From: Salpingoeca rosetta
Lineage: Eukaryota > Protista > Choanoflagellata
Assembly: GCA_033442325.1 (NCBI GenBank)
Contig: JAWQFM010000010.1
Span: forward strand, 759,657 to 772,684
Length of the DNA stretch: 13,028 nucleotides
Reading direction: 5' to 3'
Numbering within the stretch: position 1 is the first letter of the stretch; every line of letters begins with the position of its first letter. The translations under genes were made by a program, and so were the position numbers. This document shows positions 1 to 10,725 of this stretch, piece after piece. The notes below the pieces were generated by a model that worked only from the letters and a program-made list of their open reading frames with translations, searched no databases and was not told the DNA's origin.

Positions 1-5
1 ACGAC

Positions 6-7
<2 letters not shown>

Positions 8-78
<71 letters not shown>

Positions 79-90
79 TCACAAACACAC
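8..90. repeat. (CA)n microsatellite; GU-repeat in the CENP-T-like pre-mRNA, intron 4
   Basis: Direct reading. Confidence 0.95.
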
Positions 91-98
91 TTGCGCAC

Positions 99-723
99 CA
101 AGCGCCGACGGTGTCGACGGCTGCTGTTGAGAGGCGGGTGCTCGTTGCGGAGTGAAGGATCTGGCGGATGACTCCGCTGGGGAGGAGGTCGCTGCTCCGC
201 CGGGGCGCCCGTCTGGTCAGCCATCCAGCAGCACATGCATGCACCACACGTGTGAGAATCAACACGGACGCAGGCATGACGCGGACTCGCTGTTCGTGTC
301 CACAGTCTGCTTGTCCCCCCCCCCCCAGGCATGCATGGATACACGTTGACGCACACGTCATAACTGCATGAAAACGAAGACCGACCGCTTCACAGGCTCT
401 GCTTGTGGTTCTGTAGTACTTGCGACCGCTGGTTTCGCCGCTGTTGCCGCTGTTGTGACGGTGTGTTGTTTCTCATGTAGCACCTCCCATATGGAAGCGT
501 CGGACGGGCTCGGGGCGGACGCGTGCGGGTATTTGTGTGGGCGAGTGGTGGTATCAGCTGCAAGCAAGGATGCATCCCTTGTACCTGGTCCTGAGGCTAT
601 GGAAAGCAGCGACTGATTTGCACTTGGCACTCGCGAAGATGAAGCTGCGAGCATGCTGCTCTGTGTCGTGTCCAGTACTCCCCGAAGCAAATCTCCTGCG
701 TTGTGACGTGTGTGTGCGTGCGT

Positions 724-798
<75 letters not shown>

Positions 799-800
799 TG

Positions 801-888
<88 letters not shown>

Positions 889-1488
889 CAGTGAGCGCAT
901 CAAGTTGACAATGTCAAAACCAAAAAGGGCCAATGCGATGCAAGACGCGCGAACGTGTTGGGAAAGCACCGTGCCTGCATGTGCTGCAACGAAGTGTGCA
1001 CACCTTGGCGAGGAGTTGGTGGTGGAAGGGTAGATGCATTTGCCGACTTGGCGATGCTTGTGTCTGGAGTGATGGTTTGGTCGCCAGCTTGCTCGCGAGT
1101 GATTTCGCGAATCTGCACGCCACATGAAGCAAAAACAAACAAAAAAAAAGCATGAGCCGAAAGGGAAGCGTCAGCGGGCAATGCAACAAAGAAACACGCA
1201 AGCAAGCAGGCAAGCAAGCAGCGTTCTCACCAGTGTTCTTGGGGTTGGATCTTCGGTGGTGGCTGACTGTTGCCTTCTGCCGCGTGTCCGGGAGGTTGTT
1301 TCCGTGCCAGTTGTTGGCGGTTGTGCTTGATCATGCTTGCGAGTGGAGGAAGCAGTTGTGGCAGTTGCTACCGCTGGTGTCGTTGCAGGCGTTTTTGTTG
1401 CCGCAGGCGTTGCTGGCGCTTTCTCATTCCGGGTGATGGCACGAATGAGAGTGCGAGGCGTGGGTGCTGCGGGATCGTCGTCCGCCAT
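99..1488 (-). CDS. CENPT: CENP-T-like centromere/kinetochore protein, 5' part; exons 1488-1231, 1112-1004, 695-386, 212-99; continues beyond the left edge
   Basis: ATG at 1488. All junctions are GT..AG with matching phases (0, 1, 2, 2). Spliced product: MADDDPAAPTPRTLIRAITRNE...EDPTPRTL|IREITREQ...PPPTPRQG|DLLRGVLDTTQSSMLAASSS...EPVKR|RAPRRSSDLLPSGVIRQILHSATSTRLSTAAVDTVGA(C/W). Repeated TPRxL[IL]R motifs at T10 and T82 resemble the CDK-regulated Ndc80-binding motifs of vertebrate CENP-T (human T11, T85, from memory). A disordered S/T/A/P linker follows, then a segment patterned like histone-fold alpha1-L1-alpha2. The exon 3/4 boundaries are the least certain. Confidence 0.72.
708..887. repeat. 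Compound (GT)n/(GTGC)n microsatellite in CENP-T-like intron 2
   Basis: Direct reading. Ends about 12 nt from the minus-strand acceptor at 696. Confidence 0.95.
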
Positions 1489-1739
1489 GTCGGTGGCGGT
1501 GTTGCTGGTGTGTTGTTGTGTTGTTCGTGGCTGTGACTCCGCAGCCGTTGCAGCAAAGGCAAAGTTGACTTTGGCAAGAAAGGTAAAATTGCCCAAGAGA
1601 AAAGTTTTTTTTTCTTCGAGAAGAACGCGCTGAGCTGTGCAAACACAACACACCACTTTCCTCCCTCTCTGAGTTGTCTCGGCTTGCTTGCCCTGCTGTC
1701 TGGTTTTGTTTTGGTGTCCTCAACACCCACACCCCCACA
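1489..1739. promoter_or_regulatory. Putative bidirectional promoter and 5' UTRs between the CENP-T-like and GRB2 genes
   Basis: Divergent start codons at 1488 (-) and 1740 (+) with 251 bp between them. AT-richer core at about 1575-1625 with A/T tracts and the inverted repeat TTCTTC-GA-GAAGAA. Confidence 0.55.
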
Positions 1740-4024
<2,285 letters not shown>

Positions 4025-4183
4025 ACTGCTGCCCTACTTTGGCTTTGACTTGCTGTCGTATGCTTTTCCTTCTGTACGTTCGCGTCTTGTGCATTGTGCC
4101 ATGTGTTGTTTGCTCTGTTTCGTTTGCCGTGCTCTTCGTCATTCCCGTCCCCTTCTCTTTCTTCCGCTCCTTATCCGCTGTGG

Positions 4184-4184
<1 letters not shown>

Positions 4185-4241
<57 letters not shown>
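4185..4241. repeat. (GT)n downstream of the GRB2 stop (likely 3' UTR)
   Basis: Direct reading. Confidence 0.95.
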
Positions 4242-4242
<1 letters not shown>

Positions 4243-4530
4243 GTCTCCCTCTTCAGCGCATGCCCTGCCCTTTGTGGTCTTGCACATTGGCCTTGTGTTG
4301 CGGGCGTGACCACGCTTACTTTTCTTTGTTTTGTTGTTGACGACAAACACGAGAACAAACTAAACTTTCCGCCACCCACCACGCTAGTGTGCGTCCGTGT
4401 GCGCGTGTTTGTCTGTGTCTGCGCGTGTCTGTGTGTCTGTGTGAGTGTGTCAGTCTACCACACATCGGGCACCACCGGAGTCGCATTTCATTGAGATACA
4501 CAAATTTTCCGCACTGGGGTAGATTCATGT

Positions 4531-4602
4531 GGTCCTGTGGTCTAGGGGTATGATTTCCGCTTAGGGTGCGGGAGGTCCCGGGTTCAAATCCCGGCAGGAC
4601 CC
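4531..4602 (+). tRNA. tRNA-Pro (anticodon AGG)
   Basis: Acceptor stem GGTCCTG/CAGGACC, A-box TGGTCTAGGGG, anticodon loop TTAGGGT (AGG at 4563-4565), B-box GGTTCAAATCC. 72 nt, intronless, typical eukaryotic tRNA-Pro body. Confidence 0.97.
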
Positions 4603-4605
4603 CAG

Positions 4606-4616
4606 TTTTTTTTTTT
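4606..4616 (+). terminator. RNA polymerase III oligo-T terminator
   Basis: Run of 11 T starting 4 nt after the tRNA discriminator base. Confidence 0.85.
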
Positions 4617-4663
4617 GCTCCATGCCGATGATTAGCCACATTTCCCGCCAGTCTTCCTCAACC

Positions 4664-5701
4664 ATGCCAGTCACAACGACGACCGGCTCGCGGCTCGCCT
4701 TGCTGCTGCTGGTGCTGTCGATGAGCAGCACCACACTGTCGGTGCCTGTCTCCGACACGCTTGGCTGCAAACCCATACACGGCCATCACCTGATCCGCAA
4801 ATGCGGCGATGCATAGTGAGTTGAATGTGCTCGTGTTTGTGTTGTTTGTGCTTGTGTTTGTGATGTTGTGAGTGTGTGTGTTTGTTTGTTTGTTTGTTTG
4901 TGTGTTTGTGTGTGCGTGTGTGTTTGTGATGGTGCTTGTGTTTGTATTTGTGTTTGTGATGTTGCGTGTGTTTGTTTGTGCTTGTGGCTGCCTTTACCTG
5001 TGTCTTACACCATGTTTGCCTTTACCCGTGTCTGTGTTGGTACCTCACAACCGAGACTGCTTGGCTGTTCTGTCGATTTGTACGATCGATGCTGATACAG
5101 CTTCGACCTTGCTTCCGTTCGCGGAGCTGACGGCAAGACGCTCCTCTCCACAAAATCTGGCGATGGGGTGAGCACCCACCCGTGTGTCTGTGTGTGTGTG
5201 TCTGTCTGTCTGTGTCTGTGTGTGTGTGTGTGTGTGTGTCTGTCTGTCTGTGTCTGTGTGTCTGTGTCTGTGTGTGTGTGTCTGTGCATCTGTCTGTCTC
5301 TCTGTCTGTCTCTCTGTCTGTCTGTGCGTGTGTCTGTCTTGTCTGTGTGTCTGTGTCTGTCTGTGTGTCTCTGTGTGTCTGTGTCTGTGTCTGTGATTCT
5401 GCCTGTCTGTCTGTGTGTCTTTTTGATTGTCAATTGAACATTCGCTCGTTTGTGTATCGACTTTGTGTCTGAGGGGACCGTGACTGTGCGTCGTCTGTTT
5501 GATGGCCCGTTTTGTTCACACACACACATACTCACAAACACACACGCACGCACATACTCACAAACACACACGCACGCACATACTCACAAACACACACGCA
5601 CGCACCGCGATGTGCAACTCTCAGTTCATCTACTACTTGGAGCTCCACCATAATGGTGTCCCCCATAATTTGCCGTCAGTTACCGGAGCGCTCTGCTCCT
5701 G

Positions 5702-5765
<64 letters not shown>

Positions 5766-6464
5766 TCGTATACATTTGTCGGCTTTGTGTGTGTGTGTGT
5801 GTGTGTGTTTCTCTCCCTGTACATGTGTATGTGTGCGCTTGTCTGTTTGTCTGTGTTTGTCTCTACTGTGACTGTACGTATTCTGTGCATGCATCTGCCC
5901 AAAGAACCTCAAGACTGCGTGCTCATTCCCTGTTCACCCACACGCGCTCACGCACACGCACGCACATACAGCAACTGCACCCTGCCCGATGGACGGTGGC
6001 TCGGTGCGCAAGCCAGCCTGCACGGTGGGGGCTGTCGCACCCTGGCCGCGTCCAATCTCGAGTATTGGCAGTACGACAACTCAACCCGCCAGCTCATCAT
6101 CGTAGCAACGGGCGGCACGAACGGCACTTCATTATTCATGTCCATTCAATGCCAGCTGGGCGCCAAGTACAGCACCCTGCGACACCTCGGACACACCGGC
6201 TTTACGCACAACTTCTTACTCAACATCCCGAGCACACACTGCACGGAGGGCCCTGATTCTTCTCCGCACAGAAGCGGCATGTGGGTCAACACCTCTCCGT
6301 CGCTTGAAGGAAGCTGGTTTACCTCCTGCCATGTGTCATCGACATCCGTCTGCTTCCTCGTTGCGTCCATCTTGTGCGTGGCCGCGTGTGTGCGACTGCA
6401 TGGAGTGTTGATGGCGTTCCACAGAAGAGGCGCTCGTTCTGAGAAGGAGCAGGCCTTCAAGTAG
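4664..6464 (+). CDS. Type I membrane glycoprotein with a divergent MRH (mannose-6-phosphate receptor homology/ATG27-like) domain, about 253 aa; exons 4664-4815, 5101-5167, 5625-5674, 5972-6464
   Basis: ACCATG start (in-frame upstream ATGs at 4622 and 4628 also exist). Signal-peptide-like [17 protein letters not shown]. Phase-consistent GT-AG introns (2, 0, 2). Product includes C..KCGDAY|FDLASVR..G|FIYYLEL..LP|[41 protein letters not shown], which follows the MRH pattern YDLS.L/Y.Y/A.Q/C..LG/L.L.Y.GG/I.F.C/Y.F.W...C. Several N-glycosylation sequons (NCT, NST, NGT, NTS), a hydrophobic segment [16 protein letters not shown] and a short basic tail. The exon structure is well supported; the family call is by pattern only. 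Confidence 0.62.
5182..5420. repeat. Degenerate (TGTC/TG)n tract in intron 2 of the MRH-like gene
   Basis: Direct reading. Confidence 0.9.
5527..5604 (+). repeat. 26-bp minisatellite x3 (CATACTCACAAACACACACGCACGCA)
   Basis: Three exact tandem copies ending 20 nt before the exon starting at 5625. Confidence 0.9.
5707..5808. repeat. (GT)n tracts in intron 3 of the MRH-like gene
   Basis: Direct reading. Confidence 0.9.
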
Positions 6465-6846
6465 CCCCTTGCTCTTCCCTTGATCGTGCTTGAACTTGTT
6501 ACTCCTGACGGCGCCGCCCTCGATCCGCCCGCTTCTGCTGCTATGGCGATCCATCCCTCTTCGATTCTTCTTTCTTCTTCTCCTCCTCCTCCTCCTCTTC
6601 CTCCTCCTCCTTCTTCGCGCCTGGCTTGTGTTACTCTTGAGGGCTCTGTTGTTTCAGTCGTGCCTGCGCACGACGTGCCTCCCTTTGTTCGCGCCCTTCC
6701 CTGCCACCCCTCGACGTTGTCTGATGATGATGGTGTTTCAGCGCCATCATAGCACCACAATGCGCTCCTGTTACACACCGAAGCAAGCACCGACAACCAT
6801 CGTGATGACGATGAACGAACACGCATCACTGCATAGAGGAAAGTGG

Positions 6847-7388
6847 TGTTGAGACAGCAAGGGACGTGTGTTTACTGTAGGCAAACGCAACAAACAAGAA
6901 CACAAGGAGAATGAACAAGCACAACAAGCGGCTGCCAAATCAACGCGGGCAGCACGCTCAAACAAACACAAGACAAGTGCACATACAGTCAACAAAGCTG
7001 CCAAGGCGACATGGGCAGCGTGTGCACGAACACAAACAATCTAAACAACGAACAGCATGCATACATGCGCGCAGAGCAGTGCTAGGCATGGCATGAATGC
7101 TTGCAGGCAAGCATACACAACAGACAACACTGCACAACACTGCATGGCACGCAGGCATGGCATTTGCCAAGCATAACGGGCATGCACACACACACATGGC
7201 ACACAACTCACGTGTGTAGGGGAAGGAGGAGAGGAGAGGCAGTTGGCACACATGCCAGCAGAGAGAAAGGAATGTTTGCCAACGGAAAAAACCACAAAGC
7301 AGGTGTTGTTGGCAAACAAGACAAAACCACACGAGAAGGCGAATTAGGAAGGACTCTACACAAAACAGAAACTCACTGAATCTCAACA
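6847..7388 (-). repeat. Family A LTR (3' LTR of A1), 542 bp
   Basis: Perfect 8-bp terminal inverted repeat TGTTGAGA...TCTCAACA. Preceded on the minus strand by the polypurine tract GAGGGGGAG. Homologous to 10726-11282 (inverted) and 11731-12278 (direct). Confidence 0.92.
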
Positions 7389-7692
7389 CTCCCCCTCAAC
7401 TGCCTTCCTCTGCTCCGTCTCAGCCGTCGATGTTCCCACTAGTCGTGGCAGGTGCTGCTCGAAAGTCTGCTTGTCCAGTGCTTGGTCAGCGCGTCGGCAA
7501 CCATCCGCGTGCCGGGACAGTGCTGCAGCACAATGGTTCCGTCGGCGATGAGCTCCCGCACGAAGTGGTGGCGTACCCGGATGTGCTTCGTGCGCGGCTT
7601 GGTGACGTGGTCGTTGCCCGATGGCGATGCCCGCCTGGTTTATCTGTCAGCATCTTGGGTGGCTCCCAGCCTCGGTCTCGCCCGAGGTCCAT
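7383..7692 (-). pseudogene. Frameshifted copia RNase H C-terminal fragment (family A)
   Basis: Contains the RTKHIRVRHHFVRELIADG-coding sequence seen intact in ORF 12273-12980, but with a 1-nt deletion near 7481 and several 1-nt insertions at 7610-7690. Confidence 0.85.
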
Positions 7693-8135
7693 TGTTGCAA
7701 GTTCATGCTGGTGGTGCTGTTGTGAGAGACTTGTGTGTGTGTGTGTGTGTGTGCTGTGTGTGCTGTGTGTGTGCTGTGTGTGCTGTGTGTGCTGTGTGTT
7801 GTGTGGGAGATTGTCTTGGCAAGAGAGAGTTGTGTGTGTTTACTTGAGTTGTGAAGCAAACAAGGATGTAGGATGAATGAACACTCCAACAGAAAGAAAC
7901 AGAGCACAAGACAAGAATTGTCGACAACGCAAAGTGGTGACGTGGCAGTGTTTGTTGAGAGTTGTGTGGTTATGTGGTGTGTTATGCAAGAACATGTAAC
8001 ATCGAGCAACCACACAAGCTAAACACTGCACGTGCAACAGGTTGGAGGGAAATCACGTGAGGTGAATGTAAATTTGTGGTGTCGTGAAGAAGGGAGGTCA
8101 ATGATGACTCAGCAGACAGGACTTGCCTGTCAACA
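7693..8135 (-). repeat. Family B LTR (3' LTR), 443 bp
   Basis: Starts TGTTGAC directly after the PPT (minus strand) and ends TTGCAACA exactly where family-A RNase H homology stops. Shares TGTTCATTC and AGTAAACACAC motifs with LTR A in the same orientation. Only one copy lies in the window, so the boundaries are not confirmed by a partner LTR. Confidence 0.75.
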
Positions 8136-8357
8136 CTCCCCCGCATTGACCTACCTCTCTGCTGCGTTGATGTTCTGAAACGTGATGAGCATGTGGATGA
8201 TGTCATGCATGTAGGAATGGCATGGGCAGATGTAGGTGAGATATGAGTAAGGACGTGTGTTGTGGAACACGTTTAAGAAAATGGTTGGTGCCTGTGGTGC
8301 GCAGCCTGTTGTGGAAGGCTGGCCCGAGTGAAGGCGTGTCCTGTGGTGCGCGGCCGC

Positions 8358-10725
8358 TCAGAGGTCCTGACGCGGAGTCGAAGGACGTGGCGACCGGCCC
8401 GAATGAGGACGGGCCCGTGGCTGGCAGCCTGGCAGAGGACGCTGGTCGAACAGCATCGTGCAGAACTGAGCCGTCTTGGGCCGAGGGAGGATCTTCGTGA
8501 GGAGATCTGCGATCATGTGCTCCGTGGCGAGGTAGCTCAGCACAATCCTCTTGGTGTCGACGCACTCGCGGATGTAGTGGTACTTGACGAGGATGTGCCG
8601 CATGCGCGAGGCGGCGTGTTCGGCAACGCGCTGCGCCGGCTGGTTGTCCGTGTGGACGAGCGTGGGCTCGCACAGGACGGCGCCGGTGAGCTCCTCCTGG
8701 AGTTGGCGAAGGAACATGAGCTCCTGTGCGGTGGCTACGAGAGCCATGTACTCCGCGTCGGCGGAGGCTGTGGCCACGGTGGCCTGCAGCTTGGAGTTCC
8801 AGGACACGGGGCCCGTGGAACAGAAGACGACGAAGCCCGTGCGGGAACGTCGCGTGTCAACGTCGGAGGCGAAGGACGCATCCGAGTACGCTGAGAGCAC
8901 GCCGTCGGCAGTGCTGCCGTTGCTGGTGTCGCCAGTGGCGGCGTACTTGATGGTGTAGGACAAGGTGCCCTTGATGTAGCGAAGAAGGTGCTTGGCAGCC
9001 TTCCAGTGGTCCATGCCGAAGTGCTGCATGCGGCGAGACAGGATGGAGACAGCCGCCGAGATGTCTGGACGCGTCATCGTCGCAGCATAGAGGAGGGAGC
9101 CAAGCAGCTCGCGGAACGGCACGTCCGGGAGTGGCTCCTCCTTGTCGGCTGGCTTGTCGACGTAGCCTGTGCAGAGCGGCGTGCCGACAGGCTTGCAGTC
9201 AGCCATGCCGAAGGTCTCCAGCACGCTGCGCAGGTAGTGCTCCTGGCTCATGGTGACGGTCCTGGCCTTGCGGTCGTGCTGCACCTTGATGCCGAGACAA
9301 ATGTCTGGGCTGCCCAGGTCCTTCATCTTGAAGCGCTTGGAGATGGCCTTCTTGAACGCGGCCATGTCGCTGTCGCTGTCGGCGAAGATGAGGAGGTCGT
9401 CCACGTAGACGGCAACCCACATCACTTTGCCACCCTTGCAGGTGCGGCGGTAGATGCAGGCGTCCGTGGCTGTAGCGACGAAGTCCTGCTCGCGCATCCA
9501 GGCGTCCAGCGTGTGGTTCCACAGGCGCGGGCTCTGCTTCAGCCCATACAGCCCGCGCTTGAGGCGCAGGACTGTACTCGGGGAGAAGATCCCGTCGACG
9601 GCCGGTGGCTGGACGTAGATCTCGTGATCCACGGGCGCGTTGAGGAACGCCGTGTTGACGTCCATCTGCTGGATGTCCATGCCACGCGCGACGGCCATGG
9701 CGAGCATGGTGCGGATGGCTGCGATGGTAGCCGTCGGGGCAAAGGTGTCTGTGTAGTTGACACCGTGGACCTGGGAGTAGCCCTTGGCAACCCAGCGCGC
9801 CTTGTACTTGATCACCTTGCCCTGGTCATCGCGCTTCCTCCGAAAGATGACCATGCTGCGGAGAAGCTTGTGGCCCTTGGGAAGGTCAGCGCGAGGCACG
9901 ACGTCGTAAACGTCATTGGCCTGCATTGCCGCAAACTCGTCCAGGATGGCTTGGCGCCACTCCTCAGAGTCTGGCGAGGCAAGCGCCTCCTTGACGGTGG
10001 CTGGCTCAGCTGACGTGGCAAAACTGCCAGCAGCGATGTCTGGTAGATGACCACCCACTGCTGATGTCTTCTCCCCCGTACCAGCAGCGCTGGTGGCAAC
10101 GTGACACGTGGTGGTTGAGCCACCAGAGGTGTCCTTGTCGCCGAGGGTCTCGGACAACAGCAGCTGGTCCCAGACGGAGCCGCCAAGGGCGCGTGGCTGG
10201 AGCTGCGGCTCCCCCGCACGTGGTGCAGTGGGAGCGCCAGTGGCACTGTCCTCGGTCGAACGCTGAGCGGTCTTGTTGGCATGCGAAGCAGAGGCACCGC
10301 TGTTCTGCTTTTGCTGCTGCTGAGAGGAGGCGGCGTGCTTGTTCTTGATGGCGCCGAAGCGAGCGTGGATGGTGTGGACAACGCGTCGCGTGTCCGGCAT
10401 CCAGACGACGTGGGCCTGGTCCTCCTCGGCGAAGCCGACGTAGACGCCAACGCGTGAGCGTGGGTCAAGCTTGTGCCGCGTGCTGCTCTTCTCCACATGC
10501 ACGTAGGCCGGCGAGCCGAAGACGCGCAGCAGGCTGACGTCGAAGGCGTGCCCAGTCAGGGCCTCGAACGGTGACTTGTCCTTGAGGCTCCTGCGTGGCG
10601 CGATGTTGTGCAGCAGCGTGGCGTGCTGCACGGCGAAGCCCCAGAACGGCTTGTCCAGGTCCGCAGCAAACAGCATCGTGCGCGCCGTCTCGAAGAGGGT
10701 GCGGAAAGTGCGCTCTGCGGATCCG
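8358..10725 (-). CDS. pol: Copia Pol polyprotein fragment (integrase C-terminus, SH3-like fold, reverse transcriptase, RNase H), 5'-truncated by insertion
   Basis: The frame of ORF 8358-10676 stays open up to the junction and reads GSAERTFRTLFETARTML (integrase NGxAER motif). Also FGSPAYVHV..KLDPRSRVGVYVGF; RT motifs YKARWVAKGYSQ, QMDVNTAFLN, LKRGLYGLKQSPRLWN, VYVDDLL; RNase H motifs YSDASFA, AEYMA, TDNQ, ADLLTK. No stops or frameshifts over about 2.37 kb. Confidence 0.96.

Larger units (their letters stand above)
6847..7692 (-). mobile_element. Ty1/copia element A1: 3' LTR, PPT and degenerate RNase H end, interrupted at 7692/7693 by element B
   Basis: LTR 6847-7388, PPT 7389-7397. 7389-7692 is nearly identical to 12279-12578 (RNase H end of A3) apart from substitutions and single-base indels. 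Confidence 0.9.
7693..10725 (-). mobile_element. Ty1/copia element B (second family): 3' LTR, PPT, 3' UTR and pol (integrase C-part, RT, RNase H), interrupted within integrase by element A2
   Basis: LTR 7693-8135 bounded by TGTTG...CAACA, PPT GCGGGGGAG at 8144-8136 (-), pol in the copia order IN-RT-RH. LTR sequence is otherwise unrelated to family A. Confidence 0.88.

Noticed and set aside
1004-1010. Non-canonical GC donor that would give a perfect third motif TPRDLLRGVL
   Set aside because: It would need a GCCAAG donor, while a canonical AAG|GTGTGC donor of the same phase lies 6 nt downstream. Only RNA-seq could rescue it.
537-1033. ORFs rich in CVCVCV/HTHTHT (also 1674-2355, 3786-4494, 4868-5912)
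   Set aside because: Translations of intronic or UTR dinucleotide microsatellites, which contain no stop codons. Only the exon segments listed in the features are credible.
4601-4604. Genomically encoded CCA on tRNA-Pro
   Set aside because: After the discriminator C4602 the sequence is CA, not CCA. The apparent CCA includes the discriminator.
5527-5604. CRISPR-like repeat array
   Set aside because: Units are directly tandem with no spacers, low-complexity, and inside a eukaryotic intron.
6480-6852. Plus-strand poly-Pro or poly-Leu ORFs after the MRH-like stop
   Set aside because: Derived from a CCT/CTT microsatellite, with no supported splice link to the upstream gene.
7050-7260. Dense CATG/GCATG and CACGTG words in LTR A as p53 or E-box sites
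   Set aside because: The CATG cores lack the 6-nt spacing of a p53 response element, and such words are frequent throughout this TG/CA-rich window.
6911-7389. Short Cys/His-rich ORFs within LTR A copies (also 10556-11492, 11760-12442)
   Set aside because: Frames differ between LTR copies because of indels, so they are not conserved coding sequence.
7693-8043. Alternative plus-strand LTR TGTTGCA...TGCAACA (7693-8039) followed by GGTT
   Set aside because: No TSD after 8039, and GGTT does not continue as a PBS. The PPT at 8136-8144 and the orientation of the shared motifs favour a single minus-strand LTR at 7693-8135. Not fully excluded without the partner LTR.
8988-10013. 341-aa plus-strand ORF (and 8328-8894) antisense to pol
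   Set aside because: Shadow ORFs caused by the strong GC3 codon bias of pol. No recognisable motifs.
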